Shown: positions 48,877-61,009 of the stretch, piece after piece
Position numbering within the stretch: position 1 is the first letter of the stretch
How the letters are laid out: every line of letters begins with the position of its first letter
NCBI GenBank assembly: GCA_024679065.1
Contig: JAGIQG010000005.1
Coordinates: 85,374,001 to 85,438,000, forward strand
From: Sphyrna mokarran
Taxonomy: Eukaryota
Reading direction: 5' to 3'
Length of the DNA stretch: 64,000 bases
Position numbers and translations under genes: made by a program
The notes under the pieces: model-generated
Database searches by the model: none
What the model saw: only the letters and a program-made list of their open reading frames with translations
What the model was told of the DNA's origin: nothing

Positions 48877-50155
48877 GAACATAGGAATTAGGAACTGAAG
48901 TGAGCACTTCTGCCTTCAAGCTTGCTCTGCCATTCAATTAGATCATGGCTGATCTCTTCCTGGTCTCAAATCCACCTTTCTACTGTTCCCCATATATGCC
49001 TTTAACCCTTTTTTAAATTAGAAATATATATATAAAACTCCTTCTTGGAACCACTTAAAGATTCAGACTCCACTGCACTATATGGCAGCGAGTTTTGTAA
49101 ATTCACCACCCTCTGCCAGAAGTTCCTCCTCATTTCAGTTTTAAATCTACTGCATCTCAACCTATACCTGTGATCTCTTGCCCTAGGTTGCCCCACAAAG
49201 GGAAACATTTTTTTTTAATTCATTTGATTGTCCCATGTACTGGGAAAAGTATTTTTCTTGCATTGTATATGACAAAGCATACTCTTCATAGAGTACTTGG
49301 GAGAAGGAAAGGAGAGGGTGCAAAATATAGTGTTATAGTCATACGTAGTGTGAAGAGAAAGATTAACTTATTGTAAGATAGGTTGTTTAAAAGTCTGATG
49401 GCTGCAGGGAAGAAGCTATTCTTGAGTTGGTTGGTATGTGATCTCAGGCTTTTGAATCTTTTTCCTGACAGAAGAAGATGGAAGAGAATATGTCTGAGAT
49501 GTATAGGGTCCTTGATTATACTGGCTGCTTTTCAAGGCTACAGGAAGTATAGGCAGAGTCAATGGATAGGAGGCTGGTTTGTGTGATGGTCTATGTTTCT
49601 TTATCAATCCCTTTTACTGTTTAATATACCTTGATGAGATCCCCTCTTATTCTCCTAAACTCTACCAAGTAGAAGCCCAAACTGTTTAATCTTTCCTCAT
49701 ACGACAATCCTTTTATCCTCAGAATTAACTTGGTGAGCCTCCTCTGAACTGCCTCCAATGCCACCACATCTGTCTACAAATAAGGAGACCAAAACTAGAC
49801 ACAATATTCCACAAGAGTTCTCAACAACTGCAACATCACTTTTCTTTTACACTCAAGTCCTTTTGCAGTAAGTGTCAACCTCACATTTGCCTTTTATATT
49901 ACACTGTGCTAGTGTACCGACTTTCTGCAATTCATGAACAAAGGCACCCAGATCTCTTTGCCAGGGATTTTGAATCTGCTTTCCATTTGGATAATAATTT
50001 GCCTTTATATTTTTTCAGTCTAAATGGATAACCTCATACTAATCAATGTGAAACTCCATGTGCCAAATTTTGGCCCATTCTCCTAGCCTATTTATATTCA
50101 TCTATAAAATCTCTATTCCTCTTTACTGCTGCTTTCCCACCTATTTTAGTATCAT
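48877..50155 (-). mobile_element. CR1 LINE 3' fragment, interrupted at about 49212-49590
   Basis: ORF MFPFVGQPRARDHRYRL...EMRRNFWQRVVNL; CR1-like sequence resumes after the insertion. Confidence 0.82.
49212..49590 (-). mobile_element. Rex1/Babar-like LINE 3' end nested in CR1
   Basis: Minus-strand frame KAASIIKDP-x-H...LFHLL-x-SGKRFKSLRSHTNQLKNSFFPAAIRLLN, the characteristic Rex1-type ORF end. Confidence 0.8.
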
Positions 50156-50157
50156 TG

Positions 50158-50405
50158 CTAGCAATCCAGAGACCCAGGGTTCTGTTCTGGAACCTGGGTT
50201 TGAATCTGATCACAGCAGATGGTGAAATATAAATTCAATAAAAAAAAATTATAATTAAATTTTTAATGAAGATGAGGAAATCATTAAAAACCAATCTAGT
50301 TCATTAACATCCTTTAGGGAGGAAAATATGCCATCCTTACCTAGTCTGGACTATGTGAACCAGTTGCTTAAATGGTCTAGCAAGTCACTCAATTCAAAGG
50401 CAATT
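50158..50405 (+). mobile_element. Body of a split SINE (same family as 3662-4036); head at 48843-48876
   Basis: Head ends CTAG and body resumes CTAG-caatccagagacccaggg, then a B-box-like ggtttgaatc. Confidence 0.7.
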
Positions 50406-53050
50406 CACAGAGTCACAGAATTGATACAGCACAGAAGCATCTATTTGGCCCATTGTATCTTCACCCAGATCTCCAAAGGCTTGATGTCATTCCCCAGCCT
50501 TTTTGCATACTCCTGCACATTGTTTCTATTCAACTAATAATCTATGAGGCGAATCTCCCAAAAATGTTCCAAGTGCTGAATTCATATGAAAATTAGAGTA
50601 ACTTTCCCCCAGTTTTTTAAGTAGGATTTTCAAAATGAATCTCCCACACTCTGAGCACTTCAGAGTGCCCTAGCGGGATTCATGGTGAAAATCTGTGGTT
50701 GGGCCCAATTCCTGCTGGAAAAACCAGCATCATGCTCTGATCCCTTAGCACCAAAATCAACTTATGTGTAGCAGCATTGCACTGCAGACCTCCCAATTGC
50801 TAGCTAGCTCAATCAACTGCCAGCCCCGTGACTCTCTGGAGTATTACTGACCTTCCAATCCCCACCATCCTTCCCCACTCCTATGATCACTGACCTCCAG
50901 ATCTCTCTGGGTAAGCCTGATGTCTCCATACCCTCCCCAACAGACTTGATCTCCATAACCACCCACCCTGCAGTCCCAAATTTCCCAACCCCTGGCAAAA
51001 CCTATCATCTCCATCCTTCCCTCTGCCACCGATCCCTATGCAGAGTGGAAGTGGAACCCCCACCCCCACCGATTGGCCCCCATGTAGGCCCCAATCTCAA
51101 CAGGACCAGCCCATCTCTGGCCCTGCCCAACTGACAATGCCCAATGCCCAGCAGACAGTACCCAGGTGCCCTTTAGTACATGAGGGCCAGTCTTGCACTG
51201 CCAGGAGTCACTCCTCTTAACCCCGACCTCCCAGGAGGGCCAGTGGGGTCGGTCACCTAGGGATTTGTTGTAAACCCCACTGGAGAGAACTACTCCTGGC
51301 CAGGGTGGTGGGGGGGAGAGGGGGAGGGATTTCTGAAATTTCTCATCTCTGTATCCATTCCTGCAAGCTTCTCCTACACTCTCTCTAATGTGTTCTCATC
51401 CTTTCTGTATTTTGATCCCCAAAACTGTAGACAATATTCCAGCTGAAGTCTAACTAACATATTGTATACATTTTTATTAGTAAAGCCCAATACACTATAT
51501 GTTTTGTTAACTGTTCTCTCCACCAGTTCTACCATCTTCAATGGTCTATGGACATATACATCAGAATTCCCTTTGCTCTTTAAGAATTTTACCCCTTATT
51601 TTGTCTCTCCATGTCCTTTCTCTAGAATGCATCACCTCATACTTCTTCACATTGAATGTCATCTGCTAGTTATCTGCCCACTCCACCAACTTTCCAATGA
51701 AGCTGCACGCTGTCCTCTTCACATTTTATCATATTTCCAAGTTTTATATCATTCACAAACTTGGAAACTATCCCCTGCACAAGATCTAGATTATTAATGT
51801 ATATCAGGAAAAATAAAGGTCTCTATACTGACCCCTGGTAACACCCTTACAAATGTTCCTCCAGTCTGAAAAATATCTAATGGCCATACTCTCTGTTTCC
51901 TGTTTCCTATTATTCAGTCAATTTTTGTATCCATGTTGCTACTGCCTCTTTTATTCCATGAGTTATAACTTTGCTCCAGTCTGTTGTGTGACTCACCTTC
52001 TGAATGTCCAAGTACACCACATCAACAGCATTACTCTCATTGACCCTTTTTGTTAAGGTAGCATAATGGCACAGTGATTAGTACTGCTGCCTCACAGCAC
52101 AGACTTAGGTTTGATTGCCAGCTTGGGTCACTGTGTATGCCGAGTTTGCACATTCTCTGTGTGTCTGTGTTGGTTTCCTCTGAGTGCTCAGGTTTCCCCC
52201 CACACTCCAAAAGATGTGCTGGTTAGGTGCATTGTATCCATGCATCCAAATATGTGCCAAAGTGTGGCAACTAGAGGGTTATCACAGTATTTGCATTGTA
52301 GTGTTAATATATGCCGATTTGTGACACTAATAAATAAATTTTAAACCTCCTCGAAAAATTCCAGCAAGTTAGTTAAACATAATTTCCCTTCTAGAAATCC
52401 ATGCTGGTTCTTTTGATCAACCTACTTTTTTACATGTTTATTAACTCTGTCCCAAATAATTGTTTCCAGAAGCTTGCCCATCACTGATATTGAACTAGTT
52501 AATCTGTAATTGTTAAGGCTTATCCTTACAACTTTTTTTGATCAAATGGTGTAACATTTACAATTCTCCAGTCCTCAGGCACCTCCCCTGTGTCCAGAAA
52601 AGAGTGGAAATGTATGGCCAGTGCCCCAGCAATTTCCATCCTCTCTTCTTTTAGTATTCTTGATCTCAGTTCCTTGTCAACTGTAACTATCAGCAGTCTA
52701 TTAAACACTTGCTCCTTATCAATTTTGATCCCTTCAAAGGGCAGAATTTTCTTGACTGTCACCATGTCCTGCATAGTGTCCACCTCCATATCTCAGCAAT
52801 GCTCCATGCATAAATAACTTTTTAAGTCACTAATCAGCCCTCCTCTTCCTTTTGCTATCTTTTTATCATTTATGCGTCAATAGAAGATTTTGGAATTCTC
52901 TTTTAAACTGGCTTCCAGTCTTTTCGTGAATTCCTCTTCGCTTCTCTTTTCTATTTCTCACCTGAACTTTCTGCTTTCCTCTTGGTTCTCAACTGTATTT
53001 TCTACTTGACATCGCTCATAAACACACTTTTACTTCCTTATTTTAAGTCC
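50406..53050 (-). mobile_element. Long decayed CR1 LINE with internal insertions
   Basis: ORF RILKE...EIAGALAI-x-F-x-SFLDTGEVPEDWRIVNVTP at 52526-52789; 3' tail at 50406; GC-rich insert at about 50548-51340 and SINE at 52057-52345. Confidence 0.78.
52057..52345 (+). mobile_element. HE1-type V-SINE, alternative tail
   Basis: Head ggcacagtgattagtactgctgcctcacagc; tail ttgtgacactaataaataaa. Confidence 0.85.
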
Positions 53051-54379
53051 TCTCTCATATAGTTTGGTAATAAATATCCTACCCAACAATGTTCACATTA
53101 AATGAATTATAAAAAGCAATTATCAATATCTATTGTGCAAGAATGACATGAAAATCACTATATTTTGCAATGATAGCACCTGCTAGTATGACTGGAATAC
53201 ACATAACTCCACAATAAACTTATCAGTTGTATGAATCCTAGGATATTTGAACAAGCTCTTAAAATACAGGTTGTTCAAAATTTTAAAGTATCTTAAGATG
53301 TAGTAATTAGATTATGGTCTCAGTTCAATTATGTTCTACTGAGGTGAAATGATGTTGCTTAATTACATAGCAATATGCTAATGTTTTCTCTGGTACTTTA
53401 ATAAAGATGGTAACTGATTTAAAATAAATGTATGAATATATTTGCTAAATTATCGGATAGGACACACACACAAATATGTTTGCATCTCTTATCACACAGC
53501 ATGACAACCTTCTAAAAATTATCTGTGAATACACAGCAGGAAAATTAGTCAAGAATATTTCAAGTACATTCAATATTAACTTTCAAAAAAAAAGTTAAGT
53601 AAGAGTGGCACCATCTGAATAACTCTTTCAAAGAATAGGTATAAATACGGTGTCCTGCATTATATGAGTGTAGTGAAAACCAGCAATGATGCATTAGAGT
53701 GCAATAATGATATGGAATTGGAACAAAATACTTAAAAGCAATAATTTATGCTTCACAAATCTCCTGGAATTCTTTGAGTAAGCAATTAAGTTGGCCAATA
53801 GGAGCAATTCGGTAGATATATAAAGGCCTTAAAATATCAGGGGCTGTGCTTTAAAGTTTTTGAGAATTGTTTAATTAATTGCTCAAATTGCCCTGAGTTT
53901 GTACAAATGACATGGCAAATTTGTTAAAGGTGGTGAAGCAGTATCCCCTGTCCACCCATGCTGAAAGATTAAAACTTCATCCAGAATTGCAGCAATTGGT
54001 CAGGGCATGTGAATCACACTTGCAAAGATACTTCAGTAGTTGCTGAAAAAGTACCAATCCTGTACCATGGGTTGAACTGTTGAAAGTGAAGAATGTTGAA
54101 GTGCACCATGATACTCCAATAGCACAGAGAAAATATTTAGTAAGTGTCCAATCAGAAACTTTATTTTTTCAAACTTCTGTTTCCATAGGATCAAACAAGT
54201 TTCTTGGAGCAAGATAATTGATCTTGGAGGGGATGTCATTGGTAAAGTTCCCCTAGTTCTTAGTTGGCATAATCCCCGAGATTTTACAGGATGATAGTAA
54301 TATGGTATGCCATTTGGCTGTCTGTCAGTTCCACAATTCAATTAGTTTGTTTATCCCATAATACAACTCTACCTATCCA

Positions 54380-55100
54380 TTAGTGACCGATATCCTTTGA
54401 CCTTTACTTAACAAAAATGGTTAAATCTCAATCTAGAAAATTTTAATTCACTCAGCATCCAGAACAACTGCAAGTCAATTCCAGATGTTCATTACTCTTT
54501 ATAAGCTCTTAAGAATTTGGAGCTGAAGTAGGTCATTCAGCCCATCAAGGCTGCCCCACCATTCAATGAGATCCTGACTGATCTGATATGATAATGCTGA
54601 ACTCCACCTTCCTACCTTATCCCCATAACCCTTGATTCCCTTACTGGTTAAACAACTCATTACCTCAGATTACAATCATCAAAGTTTAAAATACTTCCCA
54701 AATTCACTCCAAACTATTCTCGCCCTAATTTTAAAATTATGGTCCTTTGTTTTGGACTTTCCTATCATACAAAAGTATTCCTATGTTTTCATTCCATGAA
54801 AGCCCTCCACATTTTCATATTTTGATTAGGACAACCTTTAACAACACAAGGCAGTACAAACCAAATTTATGAAATTAAATCTTATATGCCACAATATCAT
54901 TCTAGTGAATACATGTTCCACACTTCTAAAGCCATCATATCTTTTCCATTACATAATGCATGTGATGTAACCAAGGCTTTGTACATTTGAAAGGTGCTTC
55001 CTTACTTTTCTCTTTCAAATAGCTTGAAAAAGTGACCAGCGATCCATTACTTGTTTTGGTTACTTTTCTTTGTATCTGTGCATTAACATATAGGTGGAAT
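54380..55100 (-). mobile_element. Old CR1 fragments, with a younger CR1 3' tail at about 54510-54655
   Basis: ggagctgaagtaggtcattcagccc...cattcaatgagatc-x-tgactgatctg pattern, also seen at 48890-48960. Confidence 0.6.
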
Positions 55101-56222
55101 ATGAAAAACCTCCAAAGGCAGCCATGTGGTTTCGCCAGATATGCATTCAGTGATGTAGGGTGACCGTGAATGGAAGATTCAGCCATACCTTCACCACCAG
55201 AATTTAATTAGGATAAGTGCCTCACATCCTCAGTCAGAACAGATAACTTACTTTTTCATCTCCTATTTACTTTATTCACTTAGTGTCTTCTCAAACAACA
55301 CTTGTGGCTGAAAAACAATCAGTTGAAAACCAAGTACTCTATTGGCCCATTCAACATATGTACATATTTCTTCATGCTCAGGCATAAAGACATTATGGAA
55401 ATTTGTTGGCACTAATTGGTCACATGATCATGTTAGGCTAAATGTAAGGAAATTTGATATTGTGAAGAAATAACTTCTTCTCCAAAAGTTTGTGTTAAGG
55501 ATACAACAATTTCACAACTATAAGACAGATGTTTAGTCCTAAACATCTAGAATGCCTAAGTTAAACGCATTTTTCCATCTTTTTCAGTTATGATCACCAA
55601 GTATCCTTGTTTACTGCACCTAATACGGAAAATGCAAGTTCTTTCTAGGACATTATTAAATGGACTCCATACTTCATTTCTCTCCAAACAATAGCCTCCT
55701 TAAACCTTTGTCTTTGACCTCTCCATGCTCAGCTCTAACTAATGCAAAAAGCACACTGATTTGTTAACTCCAAGTTAGAGAACAACTTTCAACTGCCTCT
55801 ATTGATACACTCATTTTTTGTCCATTAAGGAAAAGCTTCCCGCTAACCGATTCCACATCTAAAATTGAGATATCAGCCCCTCCCCCTTCTGCCTCTAATT
55901 TCTCTTCTCAATCCAAGTTAATTTAACCTAAAAACCCCTTTTTTTACTTCTCAAAATTTAGTTACACTAAATTCCCCACCACATTACTTCATTTCTTGGA
56001 GTTAGTGCCAACTGAATACTGTACTGACATTGTTCCCTGTCATTCAGAGTCATTATCATCAGAATTCTGCTTTTAGAACTTGGCTTCACATCATCCCATC
56101 TCCAATATGCCCTTCATTCTTGAAGTCTGCAAACCTGTTGACAACTTCAGAATTTATGCCTACATGTTTACAAGTCATATCTATAATCCTGATGAAAAAT
56201 TACTCTTGAACAGAAGACTAAC

Positions 56223-56384
56223 CTTATTTCTTTTGTCATTGGATAACTTGTATCAGAGAATGTGGAACCGCTGCAAATTTCTAGTCCTGTGATCAATGGT
56301 TTGCATGATCCCCATTTTTCTCCATTCGTCATCATGGATGGGAGCTTCTCATTTATTGTACCATATATCAAAGACACTTTATTG
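56223..56384 (-). CDS. APOB: APOB exon 19 equivalent (162 nt)
   Basis: Acceptor ctttttgcag|, donor |gttagt; NKVSLIYGTINEKLPSMMTNGEKWGSCKPLITGLEICSGSTFSDTSYPMTKEIR with the W-x2-C...GL-x2-C pattern; preceded by a 93-nt intron. Confidence 0.9.
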
Positions 56385-56477
56385 CTGCAAAAAGGGCAGA
56401 AAAAGATCTTGTCATAAATTGGCCATGCTTTTGTTTCCATGAAAATTAAAAGAATGAAGGATTCATTTTACACTAAC

Positions 56478-56683
56478 CTAAAACTTAAGAGTTTGATTGA
56501 TTCTTTGGGTGCTGGAATGCTGAATTTTATCTGATTATTACTCCTCTTGAGCCGGGCTTCAAAACCAGATTCATGATACAAATTGTGATTCATCTGTATT
56601 CCATTTCTAATAAAATTGGGTACATTGACTCCCAGTTGGGTCACTAACTCAATTGCAACAACTGGTTTGATCAGACCTTCATT
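56478..56683 (-). CDS. APOB: APOB exon 18 equivalent (206 nt)
   Basis: Acceptor ctattgcag|, donor |gttagt; NEGLIKPVVAIELVTQLGVNVPNFIRNGIQMNHNLYHESGFEA...KFSIPAPKESIKLLSF. Confidence 0.95.
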
Positions 56684-56844
56684 CTGCAATAGAAGAAATA
56701 TATGTTTGCATTAACAATTAATTTTCCAAACTGGTGATCAATAAGCAATTTTCAATATTGCTGAAAAGACTTGCTGCTGAAACTTTTAATCTTTTCTGAG
56801 AAAAGGGTACTGATTGATTGGCCAGTGGCTGCTGCGGAGATGTA

Positions 56845-57095
56845 CAATGAGGAGCAATTTCTTCAGCCAGAGAGTGGTGAATCTGTGGAACTCTTTGCCA
56901 CATAATGACCTGGCCTCCACAGCCTTAAGTGTTTTTAAGACAGAGATAGATAGGTTTTTGATTAATAAGGGGATCTGAAGTTATGGAGAAAAGGCAGGAG
57001 GATGGGGCTGAGAAAAATATCAGCCATGATTGAATGGCAGAGCAAACACAATGGGCCAAGAAGCCTGATTCTCCTCCTATGTCTTATGGTCTTGT
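56845..57095 (+). mobile_element. CR1 LINE 3' end
   Basis: FFSQRVVNLWNSLP...FKTEIDRFLINKG plus tail ctcctcctatgtcttatggtctt. Confidence 0.85.
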
Positions 57096-57244
57096 GGAGA
57101 AATCAATAGGGGATTATATGCTTCCTAAGTTCCTGCAAAATTCAAAAAATATGCTTGAACATATTCCTTTTGTTTGCATTGTATGGAAATCTATGTGAAT
57201 GTATGTTGCTTCTAGCAAGTGAACTAAGCCACATTATGTGCTCA

Positions 57245-57345
57245 AAAATAAAACAAAAGCTGGAAAATCTCAACCCATCTGACAGCACCTATGGAGAGAA
57301 AACAGGGATAATGTTTCAAATCTGGATGACCTTTCATCAGAGCTC
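57245..57345 (-). mobile_element. Penelope-like terminal repeat with degenerate hammerhead core
   Basis: Minus strand AGCT-CTGATGA-A-AGGTC-ATCCA-GATTT-GAAA-CATTA. Confidence 0.55.
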
Positions 57346-57839
57346 AACTGATTATCCTAAACTGGTTATGTGTGTAGCTATCTGAGCACTCAGGATTGTT
57401 CAACAAATGCTGTCCAATCATGGCATCACACCTAATAGTAGCATTTTGCTTTGGGTTTTGTGCTAGTTCATTGTGATCTGTATTCTGCCTTTGAGCAACT
57501 GAAAAAACATGCTGATGGATTCAATTAGTCAATCTATATGGTGTAGTGCCTTCATACCTGGCTTACCTCACACTGGTGCTTAAATTTAATATCAAGATTC
57601 ATTAAATATGCATTATTTAAAAATACACTGAAATTCAATATGAGCAAACAAATTTATGATAATCAGTTAAACTTGTAATATGGCTCATTTACATTTTCTA
57701 GAAACAACATACATTCAAACACATAAATTCACCATTGGGAAACAAAAGATATTGAAATATGTTCAAATCTTGCACCATTTTTGAATTACCTAGTAGCTTG
57801 GGAAACTTATCTTTCCTATTACCTTACTCCAAGACAAGG

Positions 57840-57985
57840 TCTCAGCCAATCAACTACCAATCAGTGCCTTTTTTATTTGTAGTATAAATTGTAAGTATTT
57901 TGAATTTGGTATTCTTATATTTTTCCTGATGAGTGTCAAGAAAAAGCTTTGACAACATGTCTCTCATTTTTATAATATTCAAGTT
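57840..57985 (+). mobile_element. Penelope-like terminal repeat with degenerate hammerhead core
   Basis: TTTTC-CTGATGA-GTGTCAAG-AAAAAGCTTT-GACAA with an AAGCTT palindrome; CCAAT boxes and TATAAA just upstream. Confidence 0.45.
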
Positions 57986-58643
57986 CCCAACATGAGACTG
58001 TTTAAATAAATTACTTTGTAGGTAGAATTCTTGACGTCATGCTTCTAATGGAGAGCCTTGGCAAATGAATATGCATATCAAAATGTAAAATCAAGACAGC
58101 TGTCCCCAGTATAAACATTTGATGATGATTTTTAATTAATCAATTTTAACTTTTTTCAATTTTGTAATAACACAATTTGTTTAGATTACACGTATAAATG
58201 GAGTTCACAACTGATTAATTTACCAGCTCTATGTAAATGCAGGAAAAATGATTGATATCTTTCCTGCTTTTAAATATTGTTGTATGAAAAAAACTAAGGA
58301 TGGTATTTTCTCCTCCCTCTGTTCCTACCGCCACCCCCCACCCCCCGCCTCCGCCTTCTAGCAGGGTGTTCTGTAGCGGTGGAAGTAGCCCATTAACTGG
58401 TGACAGAATCTTCCATTCCTGCCACTGTCAATGAGTTTTCCAATTGTTTGGAAAATTTCCTTCACTGCCAGGAAATGTAGGGGGTTACTATTGGCAGGGC
58501 CATAAGATCCCATTGGCGGGAACTGCTGGAAAGTTCCAGCCTGAATATTTGAAAATGTCAAGAGATATGTGAGAAAAGATATTCTGTGATTTCCTCCATG
58601 AAAAATCAAATGTTAATTTTGAGCAAGATGAACTAAATATTAC

Positions 58644-58811
58644 CTTCTTTCCTGTAAGTTTCAATCCTACTTTGGCACCAGGTGTTATTGTTCCAGACAT
58701 AGACAGCTTGAGAGGAAGACCAGCTCCAGTAGGGAGATTAAATTGGGTGTCCATGAAGATATAGTGAGCAAATACATCACCATATATACCTTTCTGCAAA
58801 GCTGGCACGAG
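58644..58811 (-). CDS. APOB: APOB exon 17 equivalent (168 nt)
   Basis: Acceptor catatgtag|, donor |gtaata; LVPALQKG...HYIFMDTQFNLPTGAGLPLKLSMSGTITPGAKVGLKL (human HYIFMENAFELPTGAGLQL). Confidence 0.95.
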
Positions 58812-59225
58812 CTACATATGTAAAAAATAATATGTAGTAGAATATAAATTGGATAGTCAAACTGTATAAAGTCATGAATATTATGGTTTTAAATAAAATA
58901 AAGTGGAAAGAAAATCCTGTGTCTATTTCATGACAAGCTTTTCTACTTTTATCAGCGAAGTCAGCACATCATGAAAGTTTCACAGTATTAAGAATCATCC
59001 TTTGTATCTTCAACAAAGTATATTGCATGAAGCGGCAGGTAATGTTTACTGATGACAATACACATTCAAATTAATCAACTTTAGCCAGAGGTATATTTTT
59101 TTCTCAACCAAATATATATTACAGTGTCACAAAGCTAATTAATTTTAAAATTTGGATGTTTCTTTTTGACCAAATGATCATCTTTACATCCTATTCTGTG
59201 TCTTGGGTGATTTGGTGTATGGTAC

Positions 59226-59414
59226 CTTTGATTGAAGGCTTCGGAACAGGTTAAATCCATTTGACATCATTTCTCTTAGCAGTTTGAAGTCACTGCCTTT
59301 GATATATCCCAGTTCATTTCCAAATATTCTCAAGAAAGCTTCTGCTTCTGGTGTTTGTTCTTCAAATTTCTTCAGCATGTTGTGGAAATTGGCTGTGAGC
59401 TTTTTCATTAAGTC
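59226..59414 (-). CDS. APOB: APOB exon 16 equivalent (189 nt)
   Basis: Acceptor gtttgctag|, donor |gtacca; DLMKKLTANF...PEAEAFLRIFGNELGYIKGSDFKLL; preceded by an 85-nt intron. Confidence 0.93.
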
Positions 59415-59499
59415 CTAGCAAACAGCAAGAAAAATATGTGACAGTGCACTCTAAATAGTAAATTCTGGAACAAGTCAAGGATAAATCTTAGATACATAC

Positions 59500-59679
59500 T
59501 TCTTTCGAATCTTCGCCATTTCTATTGATTCCAAACCAATTGGTCAGGACTTCTGACACCTGGTCTGGAACTTTGCCATTCACCCAGTATAAAGCATTCA
59601 TTGCACTGTCGGGAAAAAATCCTTTTGGTCCAAACATTGCTTCCAGAGATGGCTCAAACCCTCTGCCATCCAGACCAAG
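59500..59679 (-). CDS. APOB: APOB exon 15 equivalent (180 nt), missing from the ORF track
   Basis: Acceptor tttttaaacag|, donor |gtatgt; encodes LGLDGRGFEPSLEAMFGPKGFFPDSAMNALYWVNGKVPDQVSEVLTNWFG (human [39 protein letters not shown]); phase 0/0. Confidence 0.95.
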
Positions 59680-59847
59680 CTGTTTAAAAAGATAATCATA
59701 TTTACTTTGTATGAATTCCTTTAAAATTATACATTAGCATTAATAATTGATAATTTTAATATATTTCAATTATTTTTACTCATATTAGTTGCTCATTATC
59801 TATTTTTCCATTGTCTGCCCTTCCTACTTGTAATTGTCTATCCTTTT

Positions 59848-60144
59848 GGGAGGCATGCTGACACAGTGATTAGCATTGCTACCTCACAGTGCCAGGGACC
59901 CGGGTTCAATTCCTGGCTTGGGTCAATGCCTAAATGGAGTCTGCACACATTTTTCCTGTGTCTGCGTGGGTTTGGTCCGGTTTCTTGGCACAGTCTGAAA
60001 GATGTGCTGGTTAGGTGCATTAGCCGTACTAAATTTTCCCTTAGTGCACCCAAACAGAAGTGGGAGTGTGATGACTTGAGGATTTTCACAGTAATTTCAT
60101 TGCAGTGTAAATGTAAACCTTCTTGTGACATTAATAAATAAACC
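59848..60144 (+). mobile_element. HE1-type V-SINE, alternative tail
   Basis: Head with gggacccgggttcaattcc B-box; tail cattgcagtgtaaatgtaaaccttcttgtgacattaataaataaac. Confidence 0.88.
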
Positions 60145-60199
60145 TTGGGAGATACCCGTTCCAATACATAAGAAGGCAGAGACACACACCAAGTTCTGC

Positions 60200-60985
60200 T
60201 CCCCAACCACCTCAGTGCTCACTGACTGACATTGACTCCTAGGCTCATAATCATAGTACAAAAGGAGACAATCAAGCACTGATCTATTCTAATCCCAATT
60301 TTCCAGCACTTCGTCTGTAATATTGTATGCTATGACATTTTAAGTGCTCATCTAAATGCTTTTTGAATGTTGTGAAAGTTCCCACCTCTATGACTCTTTC
60401 AGGCAGTGATTTCCAGATTCCCAATACACTCTGAGTGAAAATGTTTTTCCTCAAATCTTCTCTAATTTTCCTGCCCCTTATGTTACATCTATGCCCCTTG
60501 ATTATTAATCTGTCTACTATGGTAAAAAATTCCTTTCTACCTACCCTGTCAAAGTCCTTTCTAATTTTGTGCACCTCCATCGGATCCCCTGAGGCTTCTT
60601 TGCTCTAAGGAAAATAATCCTAGCCAAACTAGCCTCTCACTTCATAGCTGAAACACTCCATCCAAGGCATCATCCTAATGAATTTTCTCTGCATTCTCTT
60701 TAGTGCAATCACATCCTTTCTATAGTGTGGTGACCAGAACTGCACATAGTGCTCTAGCTGTGATCTAATGAGAATTTTATCCAGTCTATTATAACCTCCC
60801 TACTCTTATATTGTATGCCTTGGCTAATAAAGGTGAGTATTCCATATGCTTCTTAACCACCTTATCTACCAGTTCTGTGGCCTTCAGGATATACAAACAT
60901 ACCCCAAGGTCCCTCTGGCCTTTTATTCTTCTTAGCATCCTTCTGTTTATTCTGTATTCCCTTACTTTGTTAATTCACCAAAATG
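60200..60985 (-). mobile_element. CR1 LINE 3' fragment
   Basis: ORF EVHKI...RKNIFTQSVLGIWKSLPERVIEVGTFTTFKKHLDEHLK. Confidence 0.88.
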
Positions 60986-61009
60986 CATCAAGCATTTTCA
61001 ATCCTGATG

